DNA of 64,000 bases, from NCBI GenBank assembly GCA_918797485.1, contig CAKKNE010000002.1, forward strand, positions 2,542,001 through 2,606,000. The letters are read 5' to 3'. Below, piece after piece: positions 62,985 through 64,000 of the stretch. The notes under the pieces were generated by a model, which worked only from the letters and a program-made list of their open reading frames with translations, searched no databases and was not told the DNA's origin. The stretch comes from Pelagomonas calceolata (taxonomy: Eukaryota). The position numbers and the translations under genes are program-made. How positions within the stretch are numbered: position 1 is the stretch's first letter; every line of letters begins with the position of its first letter.

Positions 62985-63818
62985 ATGCGGAGCACCATGC
63001 TCACGACCGCCGGCCTCCTCGTCGCCGCGGGCCTGAGGCCGACCACGCGGCTCTCCGCCAAGAGCATTTTTAGGGGCCCGGAGACGCCGACGCGCGAGGC
63101 GCGGGCGGCGAACGCCGCGCTCGCCGAGGCCGGCGAGTTGCTCAACGGCGGCGACGGCGAGGCGGCGGTCCACGCGCTGGTCATGCACGCCGACGCGCTG
63201 TTGGCGTGCGACGGCGCGACGCTCTCCGCGCTCTGTGGCGACGACGCCGCCCTCGCCGAGTTAACGAGCGACGTCCTCGAGGCGGTGTCGGAGGAGGCCC
63301 TCGATTTGGATCATGAGCGCAAAACACTGCTCAAGAAGCTCATCCAGGCGGCCCAGACGTCTGAGGAAGAGGTAGATCAAGTGCTCGAGGAGGCCGGCGA
63401 TCTATTGATCGAGACGGCCTTCGTCGACTATTTGGACGGCGAGGCGCAGCGCCTCGCCGCGGCGTCGGACGCGGAGGCGCGACTGCTCGAGTTGTTGGAT
63501 GCGCTGCGGTTCCGCGTGATCCAGGCCCTGGGCATGCAGATCTTCGGCGCGGGCGCGGAGGCCCTAAAACGCGTCCTGAGCATCGAAGACGCCGCGATGC
63601 GGGAGGAGGCGTTCCGGAACGCGCTGGAGTCCTGCGACGTGGACGCGCAGTGCGACTCGGCGGGCATCTTGGCCGCGCTGGACGAGACGCTGCGCGACGT
63701 CACGCTGCGTGGCGACGCGCACGAGGACCTCGTGGAGGCGCTGCAGAGCCTCGCGGAGATCGCGGCCGAGTACGACTTCGGCTACTCCGAGCCCGCCGAC
63801 GACGACGAGTCCCGATGA
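62985..63818 (+). CDS. Hypothetical helical protein with signal/transit-like N-terminus
   Basis: 277-codon acidic helical ORF beginning MRSTMLTTAGLLVAAG|LRP. Confidence 0.65.
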   Translation: MRSTMLTTAGLLVAAGLRPTTRLSAKSIFRGPETPTREARAANAALAEAGELLNGGDGEAAVHALVMHADALLACDGATLSALCGDDAALAELTSDVLEAVSEEALDLDHERKTLLKKLIQAAQTSEEEVDQVLEEAGDLLIETAFVDYLDGEAQRLAAASDAEARLLELLDALRFRVIQALGMQIFGAGAEALKRVLSIEDAAMREEAFRNALESCDVDAQCDSAGILAALDETLRDVTLRGDAHEDLVEALQSLAEIAAEYDFGYSEPADDDESR

Positions 63819-64000
63819 CGGGGTTTGCACGCACTGTCCGGTGTCACTGTACTGGACAATGTCTTTTTAACTAATCTTATGACGTATACTAGTCTCGAAT
63901 ACACCCGGTATTCTACACACAGCCAGCGTCGACGTCGTCTCCGATGCCGTAGCGCACTCGCGTCGTCTCCAATGCCCACATCACAAGACTAAGACGCCTC

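Noticed and set aside
1..64000. Numerous long overlapping Arg/Ala/Pro-rich ORFs on alternative frames and strands
   Set aside because: Expected shadow ORFs in very GC-rich DNA with few stop codons; they overlap better-supported genes. No tRNA or rRNA genes were recognised by eye.

Overview
Gene-dense, very GC/CpG-rich eukaryotic nuclear DNA from a photosynthetic stramenopile, most likely a pelagophyte such as Pelagomonas or Aureococcus. This is inferred from an FCP/LHC gene, bipartite plastid presequences, and short GC-AG introns with terminal inverted repeats. The window holds about 37 host genes (e.g. PYM1, uL15m, MATE, PAQR, PPR, CNNM, two BCS1-like ATPases, ATIC/purH, GT23 fucosyltransferase, ATG11, SFT2, PRMT5, LHC, ADF/cofilin). 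Three features stand out. (1) A 5.3-kb CACTACG-terminated DNA transposon (11337-16630) with a second, inverted copy cut by the window edge (1-2234). It encodes a frameshifted ~1,090-codon DDE transposase with RAG1/Transib/Chapaev-like motifs, tail-to-tail with a second, unknown ORF. (2) A single-ORF fusion of a prolyl-4-hydroxylase and a GT60 GlcNAc-transferase (PhyA-Gnt1-like, Skp1-modification pathway), with two identical F-box-like N-terminal peptides. (3) A family of introner-like introns with TIRs and an 8-nt offset/TSD, including a gene with 10 short introns multiplied by tandem duplication. All family calls come from motif recognition by eye; no searches were run.
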